From a virus: a stretch of DNA of 64,000 nt. Shown here piece by piece: positions 50,518 through 60,862 of this stretch. The notes beneath the pieces were generated by a model. It had not been told where the DNA came from and made no database searches. It was given only the letters and a program-made list of their open reading frames with translations. The translations under genes and the position numbers were made by a program. Every line of letters begins with the position of its first letter. Position 1 is the first letter of the stretch. The stretch lies in IMG/VR virus record IMGVR_UViG_3300029319_000019, positions 1-64,000 of that record; one strand, given 5' to 3'.

Positions 50518-51326
50518 TAAGATGCTAATGTTTTAAGTTTTGCTCTTAAAGTAGTTAATTTTCCTGAGTTCTTTTTGTCATTCAGGTGTATAACAGTGTC
50601 ATCTAATGTTTCTCCTAATACCTCATCAATAAAGATAACTTGGTTACCTATCTTTCTTAGTACTCCTGCAGATACCATTGTCTCGATTTCTGCTTTTAGT
50701 TCTAAGTGTTTATCTTGAGATACTTTGATAAACTTCTTAGGTTCTTTCTCCTTAATGTCATAGAGTAAGTTTTCTACTTGTTCTCTAGTCAATGTTTTAG
50801 GATCAATGTTTCCTAATAATCTAAACACTCTTCTCATTTGATTTTCATCATTAGATACTTTGATAAATGCTTTGTCAGCATCTTTCTTAATCTGAATATC
50901 ATTATTACGTTGAAGATCCTTCTTAGCTAAATCTTGAATATAGAAACGTTTTTGTGAACTTGCGTTCATTTCTTTTTCTGATAAAGCTACATGTGGATGT
51001 CTCAATGCAAAATTATATTTGATAAAATCAGTAATATCAATAGGTTCACCGTCTTCAGTTTTACCTACTTCTAGTTCTACACCTTCAAAGCCTACTGGGA
51101 TTGTAAATTCAGCCCAGAATGTTTTGGTGTGTTTAGGCCACTCCATATGTGAAGGGTCTACATCTAACATACCAGCTAAATATTTCTTTTCATCTTCTGG
51201 ATCAAAAGCTTTTAGTGGTTGTCTGTTTACATATACGCTACTTAGTTTTCTAATAGCGCTAGCGTTAATTTCCTTGGGTAAGTGATTATTAATCTGCTTA
51301 GCCCTTAAATAAACTTTCTTGCTCAT
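50517..51326 (-). CDS. Conserved crAss-like protein downstream of the major capsid gene
   Basis: 269-aa ORF in the conserved post-MCP position. Confidence 0.65.
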   Translation of the reverse strand: MSKKVYLRAKQINNHLPKEINASAIRKLSSVYVNRQPLKAFDPEDEKKYLAGMLDVDPSHMEWPKHTKTFWAEFTIPVGFEGVELEVGKTEDGEPIDITDFIKYNFALRHPHVALSEKEMNASSQKRFYIQDLAKKDLQRNNDIQIKKDADKAFIKVSNDENQMRRVFRLLGNIDPKTLTREQVENLLYDIKEKEPKKFIKVSQDKHLELKAEIETMVSAGVLRKIGNQVIFIDEVLGETLDDTVIHLNDKKNSGKLTTLRAKLKTLAS

Positions 51327-51387
51327 AATATAGTACTTTTAAAGTTTTAATAGTGGATGTAAAGTATAACTCCCCAATATCTTAAAG

Positions 51388-51413
51388 TAAGGAAGCGGGG
51401 GCACTAAGCCCCC
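51388..51413 (-). terminator. Terminator-like hairpin after the major capsid gene
   Basis: GGGGGC-TTAGT-GCCCCC followed by a weak pyrimidine tract on the minus strand. Confidence 0.6.
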
Positions 51414-51470
51414 ACGACCTCAACCAAAAACCAATATATAGACTTGCGAATGCACGCTTCTTTAGTCTCT

Positions 51471-52919
51471 TTATGAAGCAGTACACGTAATGTCTAAAGA
51501 CGTATCAAATCTACGTAAGCAGATACCTGCAGTCTTTAACATGTGTACGCTCGCACCGTCAACATCTGACGCTCTAGTATCAGTAGCCGCGAATCCTCGT
51601 GGAACTACAGAACCAGCAACGCACCAACGCATCATCTCACGACCTTTCTTAGAGATCATTGTAAGGTTAGCTTGTCCGTCATAGTTAGACTGGTCAACAA
51701 ATACCATACGGTAAGACTCTAATGAGTAACCAGTAACTGGGTGCTTTTCACGAGCTTGTGCAACAGGACCATGATCAAATAATGGAATCTTAACCACATT
51801 GATCACATGACCATCTACGTGCTCGTAAGTAGTGAAGTAACCAGTTAATCCTAAGTTACGTCCGCTACCTGTGATGAATCTGTTCTCACCACCTACTTTG
51901 AAAGTATTAGATGCGAAGTGATTTTTAAGAGCTTCATCAAACTCTCTTGCTCCACCAGTACCAGTAAATAATGTTACTTGCTTCTGGTTTGCATCCGTCA
52001 TTTGGTAGAATAAATCACCAATGATGTTCTTCAACTTAGTTTCAGTCATAGTTGAATAAGTATCAGTGTTTACGATTTGCTCGAATAAACCTGGGCCTAC
52101 AATTACAGGCTGTCCATTCTCATCCTTCATAAACGTGTTACCGTTTGAATCATAAGTTTTTTGTCCATACCAGTAGTACATCTCACACTCTTCTTTAAAG
52201 TCAAGCATGTGGTTGTACTCTTCATAGTCCATCCAAAGGTTAGTAGTACCACCACCTTTAGTTGGTAAAGTAAAGTTCGCTACGTAATCTTTAGCATGTC
52301 CTGACATGTGGTAAGATTTACGAACTGTAGTAATTTTGTTACGAACTTTTCCTGGAGCTTGCCAGTTAGAAGCGTTACCTCTTGAGAAGTCAACTCCTAC
52401 TGGTGCATACAATTGAGCCCAAAGATCACCTGCAGTAAAACCTGAAGTTAATACTGTAGCTGCTGCTGGGTTTACTAATTGTAATGTATACTCCCATCCT
52501 GAACCTGCCGCATAAGGTGTAGGTTCTTTCATGATACGAGCTAGTTCACCTTTGTTGTTTACTAACACGTATGGAAATACGAATCGTTTGTCAGGGAAAA
52601 CCAATGTAAAAGTTGATCCTCCTTGTCCTAAGTTTGCTCCTGCATTAGTCACAGCCACTGGACGCGTTCTCAATTTGTGAGTAGCCACACGATATTCGTA
52701 CTCTAAACGGTCAATTGATTGAACGTTTCCAGCTCCTTCAGTTAAGAAAGATAGTGGAAAACGCTTATCATCTTTGCCCGCTAGGTGCGTAATAATCGGA
52801 GATAGTTCAGTTGGCTTAGACAGTAATGCATTAGCTAGACTGTTCATGTCTGTCATTTGCGAATCATTATAAAACGTCTTGTGTACGCTAATGTTCGTTC
52901 CGGTCATTTGTCCTGCCAT
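51471..52919 (-). CDS. Major capsid protein
   Basis: 482 aa; TD.N.L, RNKITTVRKSY..SG, GPGLFEQI, LFTGTGG..EF and HP.TG..LESY motifs of crAss-like MCPs; between scaffold and ring genes. Confidence 0.9.
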   Translation of the reverse strand: MAGQMTGTNISVHKTFYNDSQMTDMNSLANALLSKPTELSPIITHLAGKDDKRFPLSFLTEGAGNVQSIDRLEYEYRVATHKLRTRPVAVTNAGANLGQGGSTFTLVFPDKRFVFPYVLVNNKGELARIMKEPTPYAAGSGWEYTLQLVNPAAATVLTSGFTAGDLWAQLYAPVGVDFSRGNASNWQAPGKVRNKITTVRKSYHMSGHAKDYVANFTLPTKGGGTTNLWMDYEEYNHMLDFKEECEMYYWYGQKTYDSNGNTFMKDENGQPVIVGPGLFEQIVNTDTYSTMTETKLKNIIGDLFYQMTDANQKQVTLFTGTGGAREFDEALKNHFASNTFKVGGENRFITGSGRNLGLTGYFTTYEHVDGHVINVVKIPLFDHGPVAQAREKHPVTGYSLESYRMVFVDQSNYDGQANLTMISKKGREMMRWCVAGSVVPRGFAATDTRASDVDGASVHMLKTAGICLRRFDTSLDITCTAS

Positions 52920-52965
52920 TATTATCTAATTTATAAAGTTAAGTTTTGCATTTTAAAATTGCCAT

Positions 52966-54093
52966 TTATATGTTAAGATCTAAATCATCCAAGTCTACTT
53001 GTTTACTCTTACGTCTTTGACGTCCTCGTGCACTTTTAACTCTTTCTTCATTTCTGGATATTCTATCTCTTAATGATTTAGCATTTGATGTTCTAGCTTT
53101 TGTTTCTACCAATTTTGATAAATCAAAACCTTTGAACATTAAATAATCAATCGCGAGTTTAGTCTCCATCTCTGCTTCAGAATGATCTAAGTCTCGTTGT
53201 GTGCGACCATCGTTAGTCACAGGGTTTGAGATATAATCAAAAAACTTTGACTTCTCTCTCTTTGGAATAGAGATACCTGCAAAATCATCAGTACTATCGA
53301 TGGCTTCATACACACCATTCCAAAATTCTTCTTGCTGTTCTTCTTGTTGAGCTCTTTGTTGTTTTTGCTGTTCAACCAATTGACTTCTTGATTGTTCTTG
53401 CATCTTACCTAAAGCTACTCTAGCAGATTCAGCTTTCTGGTATAATTTACCAGTATCTTCATAATCAGTCAGTAGCTCATTTATAAAATTCTGATCGTGT
53501 CCTTTTGTTGCAAAGTAATCAGATAAAATAGCTTTTTGACTTCTTATGTCATCTTCTTCAAAACTAACTTGGTTATAATCTAGTTGCGGATCATATGCCT
53601 GCATAAAATCTCTAGATTCCCCTCCGTTAAGAACGTATTCTAGATGTTTTTGTACTAGTGGAAAGTTCTCAAACAAATTATTTAGTTGATCTTCCGCTAT
53701 CTGTTGTCCAACATCTTGTGTCATTGCTAAAAGACCTTCTTCAGTATCATCATACTCTTCTTCAGTCTCAAAGCCTAGTTTATCTAGTATTGAAGAAACT
53801 ACTGTAGAAGTAACAGCTTCTCTGTCATCTTCTTCTTCATCGTCATCTTCATACTCTTCGTCTTCTTCGTAGTCCTCATCCTCTTCATATTCTTCCTCTT
53901 CTTCTTCTTCAACTTCTTCTACGTCTTCAGACTCTTCTAATTCTTCTGCATCCGCATCTAACTCTTCAGCTTCTGCGCTTGGGGTTTCAACTGCTAAATC
54001 TTCAGCAACTTCACCTCCTGGATTTCCTCCATCTAAAACATCGTCAAATGAAATATCATCCAAACCGATGCCTTCTTCTTCTGGTTCTATCAT
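52966..54093 (-). CDS. Putative capsid scaffolding protein
   Basis: Very acidic N-terminal tract, coiled coil, basic C-terminus; immediately upstream of MCP. Confidence 0.7.
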   Translation of the reverse strand: MIEPEEEGIGLDDISFDDVLDGGNPGGEVAEDLAVETPSAEAEELDADAEELEESEDVEEVEEEEEEEYEEDEDYEEDEEYEDDDEEEDDREAVTSTVVSSILDKLGFETEEEYDDTEEGLLAMTQDVGQQIAEDQLNNLFENFPLVQKHLEYVLNGGESRDFMQAYDPQLDYNQVSFEEDDIRSQKAILSDYFATKGHDQNFINELLTDYEDTGKLYQKAESARVALGKMQEQSRSQLVEQQKQQRAQQEEQQEEFWNGVYEAIDSTDDFAGISIPKREKSKFFDYISNPVTNDGRTQRDLDHSEAEMETKLAIDYLMFKGFDLSKLVETKARTSNAKSLRDRISRNEERVKSARGRQRRKSKQVDLDDLDLNI

Positions 54094-54114
54094 AATCTAT
54101 ATATTAATTTTTTA

Positions 54115-54122
54115 CAAAAATA
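54115..54122 (-). promoter_or_regulatory. Bacteroidota sigma-A -7 element upstream of scaffold/MCP
   Basis: TATTTTTG matches TAnnTTTG, intergenic, about 20 nt upstream of the ATG. Confidence 0.65.
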
Positions 54123-54185
54123 GTTAAATATGTGTGTATTGGTACACTCACATATGTTTTTGGATATGTCTTTATTATATATCAC

Positions 54186-55364
54186 TTATGCTCTTTTTCT
54201 AGACCTTCTAATAGCCTCTTTACCTTTAGTAAATATACTTGCCACCTGTCTTTTACCCATTACTTTGGCTCTTTGTTCGCCTACCGTAAGGATTTGGATC
54301 TTCCTAGCAAACGGTTTATTAACTCTTTTAACCTTAGCCACAGTAGCGCGAGCGTCAGCAGGTGTGGCAAAACGTATACCAACAGTATCCTTTGGATTTT
54401 CATCCGTATATAATCTTCTACCACTTCCTTTTGGTTTTTTACCTGTTCCTGTTACTGGATCTTTACCATGCTTAGATCTATAGCCACCTTTTTTATATAT
54501 TTTACTAGAGTATTTATCTATACTAATAGGATCACCCGCTGCACCAGTACCATATAAAGCTGGCATATCGCTAGCATCTCTAGATATGTCTACTGGTAAT
54601 ATTGTAGTAAAACCTGATTTTGCAGTTTTTGCTAAAGGTTTTACAACTTTGTAAATATCTTTACCAAATTTCTTACCTTCCCTTATCAACTCATCTACTT
54701 TTGCTTTTTCTTTTCTATAAAATATCTTTAAAGCTTTTTTAGCAACCTTATCACCTTTGGCTGCATCTTTAACTGCTTTAACCATTCCTTTATAATATTT
54801 TGGCTTTTCAACTACCCTTTTTAGATAATCAACTAAGTTTTGTCCAGCAGTTCCTTCAAAAGGTCTAGTCTTCTTCATACTAGTATATAATGGTTCTCCA
54901 GCCCCTGCTGCAGAACTTATAACTTCAAGCTTGTCTTTAAAACCTCCTTTTTGATAGGCTGGTGTCTCTATAACTGTACCACTCTTTGGTCCTGTAGGTA
55001 AATCTTTGATGCCTGGTGGTACATTCTGATACGATTGTACTAAATGTCCTTGGTCATCCACCTTTGTAATATTGATAGGCACTCTCATACCTTCAGTATT
55101 GAATGATGTATTAGCTGGTACATCTGGAAAAACCATGCTAGCACCTATGTTACCCATGGCTTGCTGTTCACGTAAACCTACTTGTTGTTCTTGTGGAGTT
55201 TGTGCAACTAGCATATTCTCTTGCTTAGCCTGTGCCTCTGCTTGTAACATTGCTGGTACATTAGCGCCCTGGTTAGCCATTTGATACAAGTCTAATATGC
55301 TACCTTCAAATCCAGTAGACCTAGCCATGTCTAATATTTCTCTACGCATTTGGTTATTCAGCAT
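54186..55364 (-). CDS. Basic modular protein with YxKGG motifs, probably virion-internal
   Basis: 392 aa, Cys-free, between portal and scaffold; shares a 32-aa cassette with the 1054-aa cargo protein. Confidence 0.7.
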   Translation of the reverse strand: MLNNQMRREILDMARSTGFEGSILDLYQMANQGANVPAMLQAEAQAKQENMLVAQTPQEQQVGLREQQAMGNIGASMVFPDVPANTSFNTEGMRVPINITKVDDQGHLVQSYQNVPPGIKDLPTGPKSGTVIETPAYQKGGFKDKLEVISSAAGAGEPLYTSMKKTRPFEGTAGQNLVDYLKRVVEKPKYYKGMVKAVKDAAKGDKVAKKALKIFYRKEKAKVDELIREGKKFGKDIYKVVKPLAKTAKSGFTTILPVDISRDASDMPALYGTGAAGDPISIDKYSSKIYKKGGYRSKHGKDPVTGTGKKPKGSGRRLYTDENPKDTVGIRFATPADARATVAKVKRVNKPFARKIQILTVGEQRAKVMGKRQVASIFTKGKEAIRRSRKRA

Positions 55365-57609
55365 TGCCCTCTCTTGCTATCTGATTTTTCTCGTTGTCAT
55401 TGTTTGTTTTAGCATCAAGTTCTTTCTCTCTAATATCTAGCTCACGCTGTTTGTTTTCAAAGTCTTGCATTAACTTCTGCATATTGAAGCTATCTAACTC
55501 TGGATTCTTTCTAGCTTCTGCGTTGATTAATGCTACCTCAATATCTAGCTGTCTATCTTTTTCTTTATCAATAGAAGCTCTTTCCATTTCTTGTTGTTGC
55601 ATTTGCATCTGCTGTTGAGCTTGTGCTTGTTGTGCTTGTTGTTGTGCTTGCTCTAATTCTGCTGCAGCTTTCTCTGCTGCTTTTAACTTGCCTTTTATTT
55701 GACTGAAGTTTTCAGACTCAAACATCTCAGCAACCATAGAAGCTTTAGTACCATTCTGAATCATAGCCTGTGCGAGACCCTTAATCTGATCTAATCTCTG
55801 TTGATCCTTGCCAGCGTCAGATACAAAGATACCATAGTTAGCCTCCATATGTTGCAAAGTGTCAATGTCTAAAAAGTCTGCAGTACCATCAGGCATTACA
55901 AACATACCTTGTTTACCAGTAAGCCATGCTTCTTTTGAATAGTCAAGCAGTGCTTGTAAATCTCTTTGTTCTAATCTAGCAAATTTTCTAAATAAATCTT
56001 CTGTAATATGTGAAGATTGTAATATAGCTTGCTGTGAACTAGCTTTACCTTCATACGCACCAATCGTACCTTGTCTTTGTCTAGACACACCAGATATTTT
56101 CTCCCACTCTTGTAGTATAGATTCTAACAGTGTTATGTATTGTGATATAGTCTTGATTGACATATCAAGAACTGATTGATGTTGTGGGTTAAGTTGTATA
56201 CCTTCTTTGTTATAATCTACCCATGCAATACCCGTACCTTCTACATAGTACATAAATTTATCCATGTCCCATTTCTTAGGAATCATGTTAATATCAAACT
56301 GTGCAATAATATCTTTACTTCTAGCTATTGCCAGTTCCATTCTATACTTGTAGATATTGTAGTTTAACTGATAAGGTATACCAAGTGATACTAGTGAAAT
56401 ATTGTCTGCATTTATATCAGAGTACTTTCTACCATTGATAGGCAGTTTGCAAGTAGATGCATTGTCAATAGATAACCTTTGATTAGCTACAGGATTAATG
56501 TTAATGTAAAATCTACCATCAATACGTGTACCTTCCCATACTTCATTTACCCATAGATAAGTTACCTTAGCTCCTGCTTCTTTTAGCTCTTTAGGCATTC
56601 TAAACTTTTCATCAACCTCCATCTCTTCCATAGCTCCAGTATCTGGGTCCATGTATTCTAAGAAACCTACTCTTTTTCTTGACTTCCAATATACAGTAAC
56701 TACTTCTATTAATCTGTTTCTGTATGTGTTTGGATCAGAACCTGCTCTTGCTCTTCTGTATAATAGGTATGATTCTGGATCTGATTGTCTAGGCTCTTCT
56801 AGTTCTAGTACTTGTTCATCTGTTAATGACTCATAGAATGAATCTATAACTGATGATGCATGTACATACTTTCTAACTAATGCCCAGTCTCCATCTTCTA
56901 CAAACTCTATGTCTGGATCTTTATCATAATCAATATCAATAGGATTTAATACTTCATAGAATGGCTCTTTGTTTCTCACGCCTCTATGTGTATATACTTC
57001 ACCTGATACTAAAAAGTGAAACCAAGCTTTTTGTATTTTATCATACACCTCTGACTGTTGCATTATGTATGTCATAGCATGTTGTCCTTTGATAGCTCTG
57101 TTATCTACATAACTATTCTCAAACTGATCTGCTATTTCTTTAGGCATTGGAATATCTTCTGGAGTTTCAATATTCTGCATTACCTCTGGATTAGTTTCAG
57201 CTAATACTTTTAAGAATCTTTGTTGTAAGTTTTGATATATAGCTTGTTGCTTTGCTTTTTCTTTCTGACTTACAGCGTCTCCATTTTGTACTGTAACGGT
57301 GTAATTAAGAGGTCTTTTAGACTTCTCACCTAATAAAAGATCAATAATAGGTTTGATAATAGGATAGTTACGCATTTTAGAGGGGAAATTTGTACGGGAC
57401 TTGCCGTAAGGTTGTGTAACGTAACGATAGTCATCCTCATAAATTACACCGTTGTAGTAATCATACAATCTCTTTAGGTCATCTTTTCTTTCGTTGACCC
57501 CATATAAAGATAACTCTATGTAGGCTTCTACACAGCTCTCTCTCCATTTTTTATTCTTCTTTGATAAAGGCAGCTTTTGCTGCGGTATTTTGTCTCCCCC
57601 TAGATACAT
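55354..57609 (-). CDS. Portal protein
   Basis: 751 aa after terminase; PQQKLP..KK...W, YPIIKPIIDLLLGE, WVNEVWEGTRI, GVSRQRQG and a Gln-rich crown. Confidence 0.9.
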   Translation of the reverse strand: MYLGGDKIPQQKLPLSKKNKKWRESCVEAYIELSLYGVNERKDDLKRLYDYYNGVIYEDDYRYVTQPYGKSRTNFPSKMRNYPIIKPIIDLLLGEKSKRPLNYTVTVQNGDAVSQKEKAKQQAIYQNLQQRFLKVLAETNPEVMQNIETPEDIPMPKEIADQFENSYVDNRAIKGQHAMTYIMQQSEVYDKIQKAWFHFLVSGEVYTHRGVRNKEPFYEVLNPIDIDYDKDPDIEFVEDGDWALVRKYVHASSVIDSFYESLTDEQVLELEEPRQSDPESYLLYRRARAGSDPNTYRNRLIEVVTVYWKSRKRVGFLEYMDPDTGAMEEMEVDEKFRMPKELKEAGAKVTYLWVNEVWEGTRIDGRFYININPVANQRLSIDNASTCKLPINGRKYSDINADNISLVSLGIPYQLNYNIYKYRMELAIARSKDIIAQFDINMIPKKWDMDKFMYYVEGTGIAWVDYNKEGIQLNPQHQSVLDMSIKTISQYITLLESILQEWEKISGVSRQRQGTIGAYEGKASSQQAILQSSHITEDLFRKFARLEQRDLQALLDYSKEAWLTGKQGMFVMPDGTADFLDIDTLQHMEANYGIFVSDAGKDQQRLDQIKGLAQAMIQNGTKASMVAEMFESENFSQIKGKLKAAEKAAAELEQAQQQAQQAQAQQQMQMQQQEMERASIDKEKDRQLDIEVALINAEARKNPELDSFNMQKLMQDFENKQRELDIREKELDAKTNNDNEKNQIAREGNAE

Positions 57610-57616
57610 ATGTATG

Positions 57617-57624
57617 CAAAATTA
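57617..57624 (-). promoter_or_regulatory. Bacteroidota sigma-A -7 element upstream of portal
   Basis: TAATTTTG matches TAnnTTTG, intergenic, 7 nt upstream of the ATG. Confidence 0.55.
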
Positions 57625-57687
57625 ATTAAATTTATATTTTGTTATACTACCTGTGTGCCTTTTGTACTCCCTATTATAAATATAACA

Positions 57688-59679
57688 CTAGTAGTAATTT
57701 TTATCAAACCAATCATTAGATGAGTTATCTTCTAATATTTCTTTTACCTCTGCGTTATACAACTCTCTGGTATGATACATTCCCACCATTAGTGCCATAA
57801 CACGGTCAAAGTTACCTCTGTGATTAAACTTTATTAACTCTTGTAAAAGAGCCAAGTCATATATCTTGTGTAAGTTCAAAGTTATTTTATCTCCATCGTC
57901 TGATCTTACAGCATTTAGCCAGTCTCGTATGTACAACTCTCCTTGTCTTTTTCTAGCCTCTGTTGTATGCATACCATAGTTACGTTTTACATTTCTAGAT
58001 CTTAGATCTTTTTTGTCTAGCATTTCAAACTCTTCTTGTAATCTATGTAACTTTCTATGCTGTCTTGCGTATTGTATAACAGCACCACGATCATTCTCAA
58101 ACCCTATCTTTGCATTATAATAATCAGCTAGCATAAATAAATTTTTATTATATTCGTCTTGCGTATGTGGTCTACCTACATAGCTAGCAACAATTAAATC
58201 ATCAGGCTTTGATATATTATTTATTCTCTTTATCACATACGCAGCACCTAGAGAACTGGAATCTGCTGATTGGTTTTGTCCATACGGGTCATGACAAACT
58301 AGATATAGATTGTGTGGGACTTGTCCCTCTTGATTCCGATATGGACCTTCATACAGAACAATGGCTCCTGTTAAATTATCTTCCTTACGATGAGGAAACC
58401 TTAGAATAGGTCTTGCATCTCCATCTGGTTCAAACTTTATCTTATTATCTTTACCATAGTACAATCTACCAGCTGTACCTATTGCATGCAGCTTGTTTGC
58501 TTTTACTTTGTTATACTGTTCTTGTAGTGATGAAATGTCAAATAGATTTGATGACACTTGTAGTGTAGCTTCACTAGGACATAATGGATGTTCTGCTATA
58601 TATTGATCGTAGGCTTTTGGATCATTAGTGCCTTTCTTTTTATTCCTATTAGTCTGTTCAAACTCTTTAGCTTCTTCTACATTAGAGTTACCATCATCAT
58701 CAATAAATCCTTCTAAGTTCTCAAAGATTGGTACAAAGTATCCACACTCTGTGCCCATAGCACCATCATCCCACTCGTTTGCAAAAGATAGACAGTCATA
58801 TGATTCTGGGTTGTAGAATAATTCTTCCATACCCGCAAAGTCTACACCCTGTGTACCGCCTGTACCAAAAGCAATCATAGTACCTAGCGTCTTACTACCT
58901 TGACGCATTGTTGGCATAGCTACTTCCCAAGCTTTTAGTAGTCCTGGAAATGATCCTGCCTCTTCAAAAAATATAAGTTCACCTGCCTTACCCCTTACTT
59001 TATCTGGATCATCTTTTAGTGACACACCTATAATCTGTGACTTCATACCCATCTCTACAAGTGCACCATTTACATTCTTCTTGTATCCAGATTGCTTGTG
59101 CATTTCTCTATCTCGCAATCTTGGCTGTGTCCATGCTGTATTATCATCTACAAATGACATAATATCCCAAGCTTTAGATAATAAACCATCCCCAATCAAG
59201 TATTCTTTCTGCCCTGCAAATACATAGTTCTTACTATTACGCACATGAAAGTAGTTACGTACCAACATAGCAGCAGCTTTGTAAGAAAATCCTTTACGAC
59301 GTGCTTTTAACACTGTCATGTGCTTGTTTTCTTTCCTACATCTATCTACTGCAGTAAAGTATTTCCAATCTCCGTCGTAAAATGCTGGGAATGTACGCTC
59401 TCTTCGAGCTATAACTGTACCATCTGGTAGTTCTTCATCAACAGATCTGTCAATGGGACAATAGTTAAGATAAAAATAGTGGTTGCCTGTGATTGTTACA
59501 CCGTTATAGGTGTACCCATATAAGCATCTTTTGCGTTCTTCGTCCCAGTATTCAAAGTATGGCTTTGTACCAGGCAGTGCATTAGTATAATATCCGTTCT
59601 TAAGATACTTATTAGCTGCTGGAGCTAATCCTTGCGTTTGTTTAAAAACTTGTTTTTTATATTCTGTAACTCCTGACAT
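57688..59679 (-). CDS. terL: Terminase large subunit
   Basis: Walker A LKARRKGFSY, Walker B LIFFEEAG, GTGG coupling motif, nuclease HDPY and NFDRVMA; exact start uncertain. Confidence 0.95.
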   Translation of the reverse strand: MSGVTEYKKQVFKQTQGLAPAANKYLKNGYYTNALPGTKPYFEYWDEERKRCLYGYTYNGVTITGNHYFYLNYCPIDRSVDEELPDGTVIARRERTFPAFYDGDWKYFTAVDRCRKENKHMTVLKARRKGFSYKAAAMLVRNYFHVRNSKNYVFAGQKEYLIGDGLLSKAWDIMSFVDDNTAWTQPRLRDREMHKQSGYKKNVNGALVEMGMKSQIIGVSLKDDPDKVRGKAGELIFFEEAGSFPGLLKAWEVAMPTMRQGSKTLGTMIAFGTGGTQGVDFAGMEELFYNPESYDCLSFANEWDDGAMGTECGYFVPIFENLEGFIDDDGNSNVEEAKEFEQTNRNKKKGTNDPKAYDQYIAEHPLCPSEATLQVSSNLFDISSLQEQYNKVKANKLHAIGTAGRLYYGKDNKIKFEPDGDARPILRFPHRKEDNLTGAIVLYEGPYRNQEGQVPHNLYLVCHDPYGQNQSADSSSLGAAYVIKRINNISKPDDLIVASYVGRPHTQDEYNKNLFMLADYYNAKIGFENDRGAVIQYARQHRKLHRLQEEFEMLDKKDLRSRNVKRNYGMHTTEARKRQGELYIRDWLNAVRSDDGDKITLNLHKIYDLALLQELIKFNHRGNFDRVMALMVGMYHTRELYNAEVKEILEDNSSNDWFDKNYY

Positions 59680-59903
59680 TTTTCATATTCTTCTGTGCTT
59701 ATAAAATGATGTATTAACAAATCTAAAGTAGCTTCATCTCTTCCATCACTTTCTATAGGATCAAAAGGTAAATAAAAATCTTCTATCCTACCTGTCTTCT
59801 CAGCTTTCTCGTATATATCATCAAGAGTTATTCTTTTAGTTACAAAGTCATACGCATTCTCCATGGCATTATTATAATCTTGTAAGTCTTCTAAAAAATC
59901 CAT
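59625..59903 (-). CDS. Small protein with UvrB/C-like EEYEKC motif
   Basis: LIHHFISTEEYEKCQELQNIK. Confidence 0.55.
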   Translation of the reverse strand: MDFLEDLQDYNNAMENAYDFVTKRITLDDIYEKAEKTGRIEDFYLPFDPIESDGRDEATLDLLIHHFISTEEYEKCQELQNIKNKFLNKRKD

Positions 59904-59912
59904 GTCTCAAAT

Positions 59913-60419
59913 CTACGAACTATATTTGTTAACTACAACACCGCCACGTGTATTTGTATTTACTTGTTCTTGTTTAGCTACTTGCTCTTCTAGTTTTGAT
60001 AATCCACTAACTACATCTCCCATCTTAGATAAATTAGCAACCAAGTCTTTTGCATGAAAGATCGGTCTACCATTATCATCCATCATTGTTAGATCTACAG
60101 TCTCAAAATACTTTTGTAGTTTTATTACTGACAGTCTTGCTGCCTTCAATAGTTTTACTGCAGATGTTTCTTTTAATTTTTTGTATGTATCACAAGCTGC
60201 TTTTACTTTAGAACTAGGTGCCCACTTTGATTTACCATATACACCTAACACTACCTCATCATGTCTACTCTCTTCATCATATACCGCATATGGAGATTTA
60301 TGATCACACATAAAGTACACATATGCAAGTTCTTTAGAATCTAAAGGCTTAAATTCTATAATACTTAGTGCATATGGAGAAGGCACTGCTACGTTATCAA
60401 CTATCTCTAGTAACTCCAT
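59913..60419 (-). CDS. Conserved phage protein, candidate terminase small subunit
   Basis: ELAYVYFM.D.KSPY motif, helical body, RGG tail; near terL; function inferred from position only. Confidence 0.5.
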   Translation of the reverse strand: MELLEIVDNVAVPSPYALSIIEFKPLDSKELAYVYFMCDHKSPYAVYDEESRHDEVVLGVYGKSKWAPSSKVKAACDTYKKLKETSAVKLLKAARLSVIKLQKYFETVDLTMMDDNGRPIFHAKDLVANLSKMGDVVSGLSKLEEQVAKQEQVNTNTRGGVVVNKYSS

Positions 60420-60612
60420 TTATATTATCTCTTCTTTCTTTTTTAGAATAAAATCTACCAAAGTATGGCAGTCTTACAGAGTGAAAATTACCTTCAGACA
60501 TAATTTTTGCTACATACTTAAACTGGCTGTTTATAATTTTCTCTACCTTTTCAAGAGGTAAATTATACTTTGTCGCTAGTATCTGTATTACTTCCTTTTT
60601 TGACTTTGCCAT
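60397..60612 (-). CDS. HU/IHF-like DNA-binding protein
   Basis: KKEVIQILATKYNL....VEKIINSQF and SVRLPYFGRF. Confidence 0.7.
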   Translation of the reverse strand: MAKSKKEVIQILATKYNLPLEKVEKIINSQFKYVAKIMSEGNFHSVRLPYFGRFYSKKERRDNINGVTRDS

Positions 60613-60862
60613 TGGTTTGTGATTTCCATTTGTTTATAGGACATGTAGTTGATCTCCATTTTGCTTTGTGTTGTATTAAACATCCGCATTTACCACACCT
60701 CATTCTATCTCTTATTAAATGCTCACAGCTATTACAATCAGATAATCTCTCTGCATAGTCTTCTTCAGATACATTAGGGGCACCTTCAGATATATACTTA
60801 GCAAGATCTTTACTAAAACTCTTAGTCATTTGCCATAAACTTGGCATTTTATCCTTACTCAT
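60563..60862 (-). CDS. Zn-finger protein (DUF6171-like)
   Basis: RL..CNSC...RCGKCGC....KA......CP..KW. Confidence 0.7.
   Translation of the reverse strand: MSKDKMPSLWQMTKSFSKDLAKYISEGAPNVSEEDYAERLSDCNSCEHLIRDRMRCGKCGCLIQHKAKWRSTTCPINKWKSQTNGKVKKGSNTDTSDKV

Noticed and set aside
21695-54578. The duplicated 96-nt segment as a DGR template/variable repeat pair
   Set aside because: Differences are mostly synonymous and not adenine-specific, both copies are in-frame coding, and no reverse transcriptase is present in the window.
51471-59679. Introns or inteins in terL, portal or MCP
   Set aside because: The ORFs are continuous, of ordinary length, and show no splicing or homing-endonuclease motifs.
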